From Tubiluchus corallicola (Eukaryota > Animalia > Priapulida): a stretch of DNA of 64,000 nucleotides. The position numbers and the translations under genes are program-made. A model generated the notes under the pieces. It was not told the origin of the DNA, searched no databases, and saw nothing but the letters and a program-made list of their open reading frames with translations. The stretch is taken from assembly GCA_030141605.1 (NCBI GenBank), contig JAQGDQ010000224.1, positions 1 through 64,000 of the forward strand. Reading direction: 5' to 3'. This document shows, piece by piece, positions 38,901 through 49,900 of the stretch. Position 1 is the stretch's first letter. Every line of letters starts with the position of its first letter.

Positions 38901-41301
38901 CCATGCAACTTACCTCTTCTGCTCCTTCTAGAACATCAGAAATGTCCTCAAAGTTTTCCCAAGCAAAAACAGCAGATGCATCTTTAGAAAGTCTTTCTCA
39001 GCCGTCTCAGTCGCCTTCACATTTGTCACAAATACCTCGCTCAGCACCATCGCAGTTAGCAACACGACCTTCACAGACACCACCAAGGCCGAATCAGACA
39101 CCTCCGCAACCTTCTCATACCCCTCCGAGACCATCCCAGACTCCTCCGTGTCCAAACCAGACTCCACCACGTCCAAGCCAGACACCACCTCGACCAAGCC
39201 AGACGCCACCTCGACCAAGCCATCTCAGACGCCACCTACAACTATTCAAATGCCTGTCAGGCCTTCACAAATGCCAACTACTAAGCCTTCACAGGTATTG
39301 CCTAAATCTTCTCAGGCGCCAGTTAAATCCACACAAGCTCCTTCAAAACCTTCACAGTCAACAGCTAAACCACCAGTTACATCTAAATCACAAATCCCTC
39401 CACGATCTTTACCAAGCATTTCTTCACAAGCTGCAACATGCTCAGCAATGTCAGTGTCTCAGAGGTCATCTATGACTAAGCCAAAAGTCATAGTTGTCTC
39501 AAGTTCTAACAAAACAATTGGTGCACAAAAAGTGTCTGTCTCCTCAATCACTGGTATGTCCAGTGGGTCTAAAAGTCAGTCGCTGTTAAAGCCTTCTGTG
39601 AGTAAGCAAGGATATTCAGCAAAATACGTGAATACTGCGAGCAAACCAGGAGCAGGAAAAGTTCCATGTTATGTTCCCACACAGTCTGTGTCAAAAACCC
39701 AGGCCACCACTTCATCAAGTACAGTACAAGGGCTGGTTAAACAAAGTATTAGTAAAACCTCTAGTCCTAGCCAATCGAAAGATAATGGTGTGAAGTCTAA
39801 TAGTAAAACATCTGCTTCATCGGGGTCTGTCACAAAGGTTACCAGTATAACGAAAATGCAAAAGGTGTCTAACAAAAACCATTCCCCAACTCCCAAGAAT
39901 GGCAAACCGTTAAATTCCACTAAGCAAACGTCTTTAACCTCAGGTGAAAAATCTGGCATTGTAAAACAAAACAAGACGACACCTGAGAGTTCAGTCAGAG
40001 AGGGCACCTCCAAATTGATCACTAAAACTGCACAAGTGATGTTAAAACCTCTTAACATACCATCGCCAAAGGTCTCGACCAGCACTAGTGAGGAATTGAA
40101 AGAACAGACATCAGCAACACCAGATGCAGCAGTGGCTACAGATTCTAGTTCTGGAAAACCTGTTGTCCGCCCCGGCCGTAAAGGCTCTCTATCAGCTGTA
40201 ATTGATAAACTCAAGCAGGGATCTGGAAGCACTCATGTTAATGTGAGCAGTGCTTCACCACAACCAGATAAGAAAGACATGGGAAAGGACAGGTCTAAAT
40301 TGTTGGTTACAAAGACAGCATCACCAAAACAAAAAACAGATGTCAGTAAGAAAGGAAATTCTATTAAGCTGACAGTGACAAAGACTATGGGCTCAGATGG
40401 CACCACTAAACTGACATCGTCTGTGTCAGCTTCAAAACCAAAATCTAATGTGAATATGGCAGATTCTCCATCAAGAGTAGCAGTGGCCTCGGCTATGTCA
40501 CATGTAGTGTCATCACTGACCACAAAATCAGTAAAGGATTCCAGTGATCAGAAATCGTCATCAAGTTCTGATTCTCAGCTGAAGACAAATTCAGAGTTAA
40601 AAGCTGGAATTCTGGAAAACCCATCTATTCACGCGAGAGATTCTCCGAGTGACTCAAGTGCAAAACACAAGCCTGTAGCAAAAAGGACTGAGTCATCATT
40701 TAAGCCGAGTGATATGCCAAAGCCTGTGTTGGAAATGTTGCAGGAAGAGCACATGCTGTCTGTCAAAACCATGGGTCCACCCAAGGTAGATAAAAAAGTT
40801 ATTGCAGATAAGGTCAGCAAACCTACGGAAGACTTAGATGTAGCAAAAGATGTGAAAAAGGATCAAGGAAACAAAACTGATACCTCTGAAAACTCTTCTT
40901 TAGTTAAATCAGTACCTATTGTTAGCTCAGGGAAACCTTCCCCTGCTCCGAGTCCCAGTGCACTCGAGAGCCCTCACACAATGACCCGCATTAAGAGACA
41001 TCCAAAATCACCATTTGAAGAAATTAGTAGCCCAGAAGATAATTTATTTATTGACTATCCCGCGACTCCGAAGTCGGCGCAGGCAAGTAAGCCCTCACCG
41101 ATTCCGATCTCCAAGCCCGCATCTGATGCAACATCTCCTGTACCAGCCAAATCTCCTGTGAAAGCTGCGACGTCTGCTCAGCAGTCTCTTTCTTCTCCTC
41201 TTACGCCATTTAATCACTCTAATCCAAGTTCTGTGAAATCAGTCACCTCTTGTATTATTGATGATGATTTGATGGACGAAGCTTTGGTTGGTCTGGGATA
41301 A
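23988..41301 (+). CDS. MED1: Mediator of RNA polymerase II transcription subunit 1, 17 coding exons; last exon interrupted by a -1 frameshift near 39217-39222
   Basis: Exons 23988-24009, 25081-25211, 26205-26283, 26503-26557, 27697-27826, 28444-28472, 28954-29025, 30121-30195, 30622-30692, 31514-31600, 32370-32484, 33222-33346, 33632-33735, 35125-35305, 36113-36208, 36435-36540, 37021-41301. Med1 motifs: LMNRLR..SWEET, CLDSLQKAIKVTS, ERLDSISRQLG, TECYISSDMFYVE, LPACFVLRL, LPDQQHCYFL, HPTHVPQV, VTFQHP, RCWSIPVTMRAV. NR boxes NPMLTTML and PMLKNLL; C-terminal IIDDDLMDEAL. Confidence 0.93.
25360..25760 (+). repeat. Interspersed repeat fragment with an internal ~54-bp direct duplication; related copy at 49205-49470
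   Basis: tattcacacatcctgaatctccatttcatgaggatcatttcgataccaagctta occurs at about 25360 and 25501. A diverged copy with matching downstream sequence lies in an INPP1 intron. Confidence 0.65.
37301..37795 (+). repeat. Coding CAG/CAA polyglutamine-rich tract in MED1
   Basis: In frame with RCWSIPVTMRAV and the NR boxes. Confidence 0.9.
39065..39237 (+). repeat. Coding 21-bp heptad repeats (R/Q/C-P-S/N-Q/H-T-P-P), about 8 copies, in MED1
   Basis: RPSQTPP RPNQTPP QPSHTPP RPSQTPP CPNQTPP RPSQTPP RPSQTPP RPS / PSQTPP; the frame changes in the last unit. Confidence 0.9.
39148..41301 (+). CDS. MED1: MED1 Ser/Lys/Thr-rich C-terminal region in the shifted frame (part of MED1, not a separate gene)
   Basis: 717-codon open frame overlapping the upstream MED1 frame. 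Contains RKGSLSAVIDKL and ends IIDDDLMDEALVGLG, resembling the conserved MED1 C-terminus. Confidence 0.85.
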   Translation: MSKPDSTTSKPDTTSTKPDATSTKPSQTPPTTIQMPVRPSQMPTTKPSQVLPKSSQAPVKSTQAPSKPSQSTAKPPVTSKSQIPPRSLPSISSQAATCSAMSVSQRSSMTKPKVIVVSSSNKTIGAQKVSVSSITGMSSGSKSQSLLKPSVSKQGYSAKYVNTASKPGAGKVPCYVPTQSVSKTQATTSSSTVQGLVKQSISKTSSPSQSKDNGVKSNSKTSASSGSVTKVTSITKMQKVSNKNHSPTPKNGKPLNSTKQTSLTSGEKSGIVKQNKTTPESSVREGTSKLITKTAQVMLKPLNIPSPKVSTSTSEELKEQTSATPDAAVATDSSSGKPVVRPGRKGSLSAVIDKLKQGSGSTHVNVSSASPQPDKKDMGKDRSKLLVTKTASPKQKTDVSKKGNSIKLTVTKTMGSDGTTKLTSSVSASKPKSNVNMADSPSRVAVASAMSHVVSSLTTKSVKDSSDQKSSSSSDSQLKTNSELKAGILENPSIHARDSPSDSSAKHKPVAKRTESSFKPSDMPKPVLEMLQEEHMLSVKTMGPPKVDKKVIADKVSKPTEDLDVAKDVKKDQGNKTDTSENSSLVKSVPIVSSGKPSPAPSPSALESPHTMTRIKRHPKSPFEEISSPEDNLFIDYPATPKSAQASKPSPIPISKPASDATSPVPAKSPVKAATSAQQSLSSPLTPFNHSNPSSVKSVTSCIIDDDLMDEALVGLG

Positions 41302-41439
41302 AGCTCCACTTTGATGGATGAAGCTTTGGTTGGTCTGGGATGAAGCTCCACTTTGATGGATGAAGGTTTGGTTGGCCTGCGATGAAACTGTGCTTTGATG
41401 AACAAAGCTCTGGTTCGTCTGGGATGAAGTTCTGCTTTG
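41269..41439 (+). repeat. 42-bp tandem copies (4) of the MED1 C-terminal codons and stop
   Basis: LMDEALVGLG*(TAA 41299) SST LMDEALVGLG*(TGA 41341) SST LMDEGLVGLR*(TGA 41383) NCA LMNKALVRLG*(TGA 41425). Confidence 0.92.
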
Positions 41440-42559
41440 CACAGTAACATGGCTGGCTAAGATTTCTTAATGTCAGGAAATGAAAATAATATCAGGAAAT
41501 GAGATAATGATACTAATAGCCAATTGGCCATTTTCTTAGCCATTCATTTACTAATCCGAACCACTATTGCTTAATTTCAGTCACTAAGCAATGAGCACTA
41601 TCTTGATTATTTTACTTTTCTTTCATATGAATATGGATATACATTTGAAGTGAAGTTTTTCGCTAAAAATTCTAAAATGAACTTTACCAATAGATACGCG
41701 ATTTTTCACAGAGGTACCAAATCAAATCCTTGGTTTTCTAAGAAAATTAATTTTTGTTTTGTAGTTCTATTAATACATTAATTTTATTTTAGTCTGGGAA
41801 TGTGTGTTTTTTGCCATTAATGGATGTAAATAAGCTATAAGACTTATTTCTGCTTAACCCGCTGTTAAGCACTTGTACATTTAGAGAGATGGACTATCTA
41901 ATTGGGCGTGTTCCTGTGATGGTTATTGAACATAGTGTACCAAGTTATCGGTTTGTATATTTTTACGAAGTTGATGTACATGAAATTATAACCTATTTAG
42001 TTATTTGTTAGTGTAATAATAATGGTAAATTATTAGTTAGAAGACAACTGCCAATCAATCTATGGATAATGTTATTATGATAATAAATTGATGGCTTTAG
42101 AAATAATATGTAAATTATTTGTTATTGTTGGAGAACTAATAAACCTGGAGGTTTACAGGGGTCATATTGTCATACTACCAGTATCAATATTTGCATTTAA
42201 TGTTTTTTCTCTAATTGTTATTGCCTTATTCTATAAAATACATACTATTCTGTAGCGCTATAGGTATGCCTTGTTACTATTACAACAATTAGAATTGAGT
42301 ATTGTAAATTTCATACAGAAAACTTTGATAATCTTGCCTGTGTAAATAGAGATGTTGTAATCTTATGTTGAGTTTTTGTTTTGTGATTTTTTACGGAAGT
42401 AGAAATCAGTAACGAGTTCACACAGGAAAGTTCCCATACAGCAGTGCTACTGCAACAAAACGAAAGAAAAAATTTCATTGATTAACGAACATGTCCAGTT
42501 CAATTCCCTTTTAATGGTGAGTTGTTCAATTCATTCTATGATGTAAATTTATATTAAAT

Positions 42560-42840
42560 TAAAATGACAAAAAACACCCCAAAAAAAAACACACACAACC
42601 ACAAACCCCCACCCACAACAACAAAACACACCAAAAACCCAAACCCAACACTTTGTGATAAAAACTGAAAAACTTACTGTATACAATTAGCAACATCATA
42701 CAATTATAAGATTCAGCAACAAAACACACAACCACAACACAACAAACAAAACACAAAACACAAAAACAACAAAAACACAACAACACAAAACCAAACAACA
42801 CAAACCAAAACACAAAAAAAACCAAACCCACACAAAAAAG
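42560..42840. repeat. A/C-rich low-complexity tract (interrupted) between the MED1 and INPP1 3' ends
   Basis: Aperiodic caaaacacaaaaacc runs. Explains ORF 42559..42843. Confidence 0.8.
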
Positions 42841-43487
42841 CATTTGTCTAAAATATCAGAAAAGAAAACTCTTTAATTAAAAATAATCTATTTATTTCAG
42901 TAGAATGATTAAGTACTTTTACAATAAAATCGAATGAATAATACATATTATCATAGTTTTACATTAAGAGCAAGCACCGATTGGTCTTTTGATTTAAAGC
43001 ATTACAACAAGAGAATATTTTTTATGACTCAGAAACGATAAAACTGCAATTACAAGTTGCCACATAATGAAATTCCCTTACATTATAAAAATAAATCAAA
43101 AAGAAACCAATTTGTGCTCAATTTCTTACCATTAAAACAACTGATATTTTTTATTATCATAATTATAAATGAAAGTACCCACAAATAACAGAAGTTTTAG
43201 TCACTTGGAAACAAACTATGAACTAGTCTCTGTCATCATTAAAAACAATGTAAACTAATATATAGATGACGAACTTATTACTATAGTAATTGCAATCAGT
43301 GCGCAAAAGTGTATTTGGATAGGAAAGGGATCTCATGGTGAACAGAGGAAAAAACAGCTAGGAGTCTGTGGGAATGCTATGAGCTCCCCTAGTGGGTTTC
43401 CAAAAACCAATACACTTTCCTGGATTTTAGGCATTTTGAGGTGCTTGAGATGGTCGTCGGAAGAGGTGTTGAGAAGCCCCTGGCACA

Positions 43488-44112
43488 GCAGTGTCTAGTT
43501 TTTTGTTGGATTATTGCTGTGCTTACCTGTCTTGAGGGCGGATTTCTTGTACCTTAGAATTTTGCCTGCCGAACGTCTACAATTGATGTAATGGGCGTAT
43601 GATGATGACAATGATGATGATGAATGAAAGAAAGGACAGTTCAATAAGCAGTTTTTTAGCTTTCTGTCATTAAGGATACAAAATTTAAGTCTATATTAAA
43701 AAATAATAGCTGTTTTTAAACAGGCTTCACTAGCCCAGGTAAATCATGCCCTGTTCAAACCATTTAACATCACGAGGAATCATTGGGCAAAAGAAGTACA
43801 GCCAGGTAAACAAGCTAGAATTTTCAATGTAATTCCCAAGCAGTTAATACTTCTGCGCCATCTTTATAGAGCTAATTTTTTGCACCATTGTTCACTTTTA
43901 TTGCATCTAACCTTTCATTTCTAAAGGAAAATAAGTTACTACACGTTAAAACGTTGTTTAACAGGAGTGGTCCCAACAAACCAATGGCATAGCAGTTTTT
44001 TTGCTTAATTAACTGCTGTGTTTACTTGTCTTGAGGGCAGATTTCTTTTATTTTGGAATTCTGCCTGCCCAAAATCTGTAATAGATTCAACGGATATAAT
44101 TATGATGATAAC
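43488..44112 (+). repeat. Two diverged ~130-bp direct repeats (about 43488-43620 and 43992-44112)
   Basis: Shared core tgctgtg(c/t)ttac(c/t)tgtcttgagggc(g/a)gatttct...gaatt(t/c)tgcctgcc...atgatgat. Confidence 0.6.
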
Positions 44113-44862
44113 AATTATTCAAGTAGTTGTTTGTTTTGCTTTTGTTTTAATCTCCACAATTCAATAACAAAGTTTTTAGTAAAACTGCTAGAAAATGGCG
44201 TTATATATCACGTGTAAACAGATGTGGGTTGTGGATGTATAGATATCCGCTTATAGGCTTATAGGTATATATAATGTTATGAAGATAAATGTGCCACCTG
44301 GCGAGGCTTTGCTTTGTCTCAGGTGCAAAATCTGTAATTTTAGTTTTCCCCAACAGGCGCACTTTAAGCACTGGTTGCAATACTAAAATCAATTTCTATT
44401 CTTCTAAACTAGTTAAAAAAAATTTCCGTGTAGTTTAAATAACAAAGTCGATGGAAGCACAATGTAAATACTATCTATACTGTTAACTAACTACCAAATA
44501 CAAAACCCTGCACCATTTACACATTAAATTTCTAATTAGGATACGCTGCTTCCAAATATACCCAAATGGCATATAACAATACAAACAAATCTGCATCTGA
44601 TTAACTTGCATCTGATTAACTCTGATTTGCAGTTATGTCGTAATAAGACGTATAGACTTACTACACTCCTATACATACAGAAATCACATAATGCTTAAAT
44701 CTCCTAACTTGTTACCCATTATTAATCGGGTCCAAAAATATGAGCCATGCAGAGGGGTAACCGATATTAGTGATTCGTTAAAAGGGAAGGCATCCATTAG
44801 CATAAAATATCATAACAAATATTGGTAACTGGAAACCAACGTCATTATTTGCTACACATACT

Positions 44863-45486
44863 TAGGCTTGCTGCCACCCCTGGTTTGGCCCGGACTTTCC
44901 TGAAATTCAGCCATACATCAGTAGTTGGATTTTTGAAAAATCCTGAAATCTCCTAATTTACACCATCACATTGAAATTTAAGTGGAAGAAACGGATACAC
45001 AACTTACATGCTCTTGAACGTTTGCATAGAATAAGCTAAAGACAGCTAAGTGACATAAAACAGCAAACTTATTAAATTAAGTTTAAACGGCTTCATTTTT
45101 CGTCAAGTTTTGATGAAACGGCAAGTGCTGCAAAAAAGTATTCTTAGCTTTAATTCACTTAACATAAACCAGTCTATTTTCAAGAAATCTCAAAAACTTG
45201 AGAAATGTATTGGAATGAATTTGGAAATGTATTTGGAACGAATTCCAAAAACTGAGGTAGAGTGCTTGTAATTTTGTAAGTTTTATGATTTTAGGGCTTA
45301 TTTTAGATCTAAAATCAAGAAATTTGTACTTCGTGGTTTAAATTTTTTGATTTTCGTTTCTGAAAAAGAGCTCATAAAACGTCTAAATACACGAAACGGG
45401 TTGGCTTCTGGGCTCTGTCCCAGTCCAAGAGCCCCCTGGCTGACTCTTATTCCTGATTTATGTTTCTGACGAGGTGGTAAACTCTA
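44863..45486. mobile_element. hAT-type non-autonomous element
   Basis: Perfect 8-bp TSD cacatact (44855-44862 and 45487-45494); degenerate TIRs taggcttgctgccacc / ggtggtaaactcta. Confidence 0.7.
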
Positions 45487-46949
45487 CACATACTGGGCTA
45501 TTACAACATGGCCGTCAAAGAAATCAGTCCTATCACTAAAAGGCCTGGTACAAATTTGCTTAACTGCATCTTTGTTTATAAAGGATTCATCATTAAACAA
45601 TACCAGTATTCATAATATAGTAGGCTATTAATAATTATTATAATTACTGGTAAATTTCTCTGCAAAACAAACAAAAACGATACTATCAACAGCATAAATA
45701 ATGCAACGTAACAAAGATTATTCATAAGGAAACAATAATTGTTTGGCTTGTGCTTCTTCAACTTGTAAATAAATATCACAGTTGAGAATAAAGTCGCTAT
45801 TAGAACAACGTTAAAAAGTAAATGAGGTAAAAAGGCCATGGAAATAATAAAACTACTACAATATTATACTTTACCCATGATCTGGTTATATTAAATAGGT
45901 ACCCTGCAAACAAATTACTACCTGCAATCTCAATGACATATAAAAACGATCTTACTAGCAAAATACAGAGGTTAGAACTTAAACAAATGTAAAATGGTGA
46001 GCTCAGACAGACAGTTAATGCAGACAATCTTATGTGATATAAAAACTATGAATTACATTCATGAGATAAACATAAAAGTGCATCTTCTTTTCTTTTAAAA
46101 CTTGGATCAAGATAAGCTGCTATATGGTTTCAGTTGTGCTGCCCTTGGAATTTTCAATCATAATAAATGCAGTAACTAGAAGTAGTGATGGGAATCGATG
46201 CAGAAGTTGAGATACAATTTCGACAAGCCATAAGAACTTGCGACTCGATTTCGCTAAGTACTTTACAAAAAATTCTGATACAATTTCGATGAACAGTAAG
46301 GACTTGTGATGCAATTTTCATTTCGGTAAACACTTCACAAATCAATTTGATACAATTTTAATCTCTAAAATACACGTGTCCTTAAATTAATTTATATATT
46401 TAAATGGTGACCTTACGAGTGTGTAAATTAAAGGTTTGCACTCATGAAAGTATTGCAGATTTTTGTGCATCAAAAAATGGTACCTCTTAGTTGTTGTGCA
46501 TTAGTTTTGGTACTAATAACATGATAATATAAACTATTCTTCTCAATATCTTTATTATTGCCAGGGCACAAAAATTGCCGAAATTACACATCGATTTCAA
46601 TGTCGATGCTCCAATTGTATTGATTTTCTGTGGTGATAATCATATATTTTACTGATCTCATAAGAGATAAAAAAATTGATTTTGTTTTGTATCTATTCAA
46701 AAATCGATTTTTCTTCGATAAAACGATAATCGATTCCCGCATGGAGCAATCGTGGAGTCGCTGTTGCATTCTAAGTGCCCAGCAGTATAGTCTGGATCAG
46801 AATGAAGTGACACTACACTTGTTTCAAGTATTTATAAAATAGACTACCCCATTATTGTTCACATGTTTATAGTGCCACTGCTTCTGTGTAGAATCTGCAA
46901 GAATAATTAGAAATAATTTCCAACAGGCAGACTCCCTACAGTGACTCCA

Positions 46950-49900
46950 CTAACGAGGATAATTGATTTTCTGCAAATGCTCCACTACACTCCTAGCTTT
47001 AGCTTCATCCGTGTAAGCGACAATTCCGCCTAGATTACACCACTGGTCGATGCCGGAATGTTCGGAGTTGGAAATGCTGTACATGATCTGCGAGGACTCA
47101 AACTGTTTGCATTCAGAAACGACTGCCTTGAAGTCAACGAGACCACCTCCGAGAGATCGTAATATGGCATGCGGTGCACACGAGTCCCACTTGAATGTGG
47201 ATGGTTTAGCAAGAATGTAAACATCCGCAAAGCCATCGATGACACACAGCTGTTTGTAACCAGCACCAGCAGCATTAAATATGGTACAATGGCTGAGAGC
47301 TTTAACAATTAGTTCTGATTCTGTGGGACTCATAACTACTGTAGTCTTGCTAGGGTGGGTCAGTTGCAAGTCCGGCGAGTAAACCTTGATGTCACCACAG
47401 GCTACACCCCACAGGTATCGACCTTGCCAACTGAAAAACAAACTGTATTTTAGTCAGTGTAGAACTAATATAAATATGTGTAGAACTATAACTGTGATAT
47501 AACACGCAATTTTCTAAAAGACTTGTACTATAGCCAATCCCTTTTTATGACTCATAATGAATTTACAGTCACAATTTTCAATTTTGATTAACAATTTTCT
47601 AATTTTGGAACGTAAAAATGTGAAGTGGAAAAAACATTACTGAATGGAGTAGCTTTCACAATAACGTTGCCACAGTATCCTGATTACTTACTAGAAAAGG
47701 GGAAACTTATTACCAGTCTGCCTGTTCAAGAGTCATGCTTGTATTTTCCCAATTTCTGTAAATGTGGTAATAAACAGATCCCAACAAACAAGAATGAGGT
47801 GGAAAGGCTGAATGTAGTAAAACCATAATATGTTTGTTTAACCACCATATTGCTAATTTCACCCACTAATTTCACTTACACTGAATTCTCATGATTTTCT
47901 TACTTGTTTTTTCTTTAACTTTGGACAATAATTGGAACATCTTTCACCCTTCTGCAAATCTGCATTTACATAGTTGGAATGAACATTTCAATAGCTGACA
48001 ACGAATATTTCAATAAGGCCATATTACCAAAATTATTTTGTATTACTAAAATACATTAACCCACGGTTTTTAAATACAGTACCATCACTAATAAGGAACC
48101 CATGCAGAAAATCATTAAAAAATTACAACCAAACCTCTTTATGCTGGCTACTTTGGGAATGCAAAACAGTTAAGCAAGCTTAGCTTTACAATGAGGTACA
48201 TAAATACATACATACGTCTATGCAAATATAGATATTTTCGTTTGATAAAAATTTGAGCATTAAAAGAGGTCGGCTTTACAAAGGGGTGGCATTATAATGA
48301 GGTTTGAGTGCATGTGAAATCTAGACTCTATTATAACATTTCCAGTCACCTTTTTAGAAAGGAGAACTGTGCCTAAACTTATGGATAAAAAATTGTGCAA
48401 TTATGACGCAAAACACAAAATTAACAATTTTTCTTTCTAAACAAAATGTATGATCTTGTGGAATTTGCAAAAAGTTGACAGAAAACTAGCCAAAGTTACA
48501 GAACGAATGACAAATAAAATGGTTAAAATTGTGCGAGATTTACAGTTTTTACTATTGTTTTCACCGATTTTTACTATAATCATGGAAGCAAATATAATTG
48601 GTGATAAATACAAAAAACATGAAAGTCACAAAACTTTATCTTCTTAGATAAAAATATTGCAACTGTAACCAAAACAAACCTTGCTGTGCTTGAATTAAAT
48701 TTGTGAAATGGTTGATTGATCACTCCTATAATAGGCTCACCAGTCACTCGATGAAAAATTCCTATGAGTATCGTGACACATTGTAAACCTTTTGGGAAGA
48801 TTCCTCCTATTGATTCTTTTTCAGTTCCACTGATATATTCTGCTGTTGAATCTGAAACCATAATATGTATTTTGTCCAGTGAGTGCTTGCATGGAGGCAC
48901 CATGTAAAATACTAATCTGGAATAAGTCTTAAATCTCAGAATGAAAATAAATGGTTTTTTATTGGACGTTCAATAGTCTGACCAGAAGCTACGAAAATAC
49001 TGCACGTTTCTACAGAAGAAGGTTAATTTAGATTAACATTGTTCTCTAGCTCTCCAAGTAATTAAAACCACCATAAAGCTCAAGGTCATGACAAAGTCTA
49101 TGTAAATCCTGCATCATTTTCTATGAATACTTGGCTATCCAGCCACTGACTCAATGTGCTTGCACAGCAAAATTGTCCATAAGTCGACAATTAAACCTTT
49201 CTAGTTATTCACATATCGTGAATCTGCATTTCATGGGGATCATTTTGATACCAAGCTTATTGCTCTGTGTTATTTCTACATTGAGACAATCCACATTAAA
49301 GCTGAGGTGCACACTATACACTGAAAAACATAATTTTGAAAAAATCGCTGATAAGGTTCGCCATTGTTTTTTATCACATTTCTACAAAACACTTAGCAAC
49401 CGCACAAATGTTGGTTGCTACAGACTTTGCAAGAACACATTGGAGCTAAGTTTAAATATAGGTAGATGGCTCTTCCTGACAAAGAGGCTCTTGCTGGCTT
49501 AGCGACAGAAAATTATTTTCACAATTAAGCAGCATTTTCCAGACATGCAGAATGCATTATTGAGGAAAAATCACTTTATATTGTTTTCAGTGAAACCGTT
49601 TATCAGACCTGTATTATTGCATTATTTTTTGCAGCTATTTCCTATTGATTTTTTATACGCAACTTGATATGCAGTAATGCATTCTGGATGGCTGGAAAAT
49701 GTCACTTATAGTACAAATGAATTTTAATCTCTGCAACAACAACAAAATACCAAGAAAGAGAGTATTTAAGTTTCTAGATGTGCAGTGCATTTCTGCCCGA
49801 GGCAAAAAATACTGATTAATAAGTGGTGTCATCTAAATTAGAACCAAAAACTCATTAGCAAAGCAAAGTTTAAATTATGAAAATTACTACAAAACAAGAC

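Noticed and set aside
41341-41427. In-frame TGAs after MED1 as selenocysteine codons
   Set aside because: The first stop is TAA and I could not recognise a SECIS element.
37296-41450. Antisense ORFs over the MED1 last exon (37296..37688, 39669..40232, 40233..40523, 41214..41450)
   Set aside because: Shadow frames of low-complexity coding sequence or of the 42-bp repeat.
46183-46745. Possible hAT MITE (tagtgatgggaatcgat ... atcgattcccgca)
   Set aside because: The right TIR is incomplete and no TSD was found; too weak to call.
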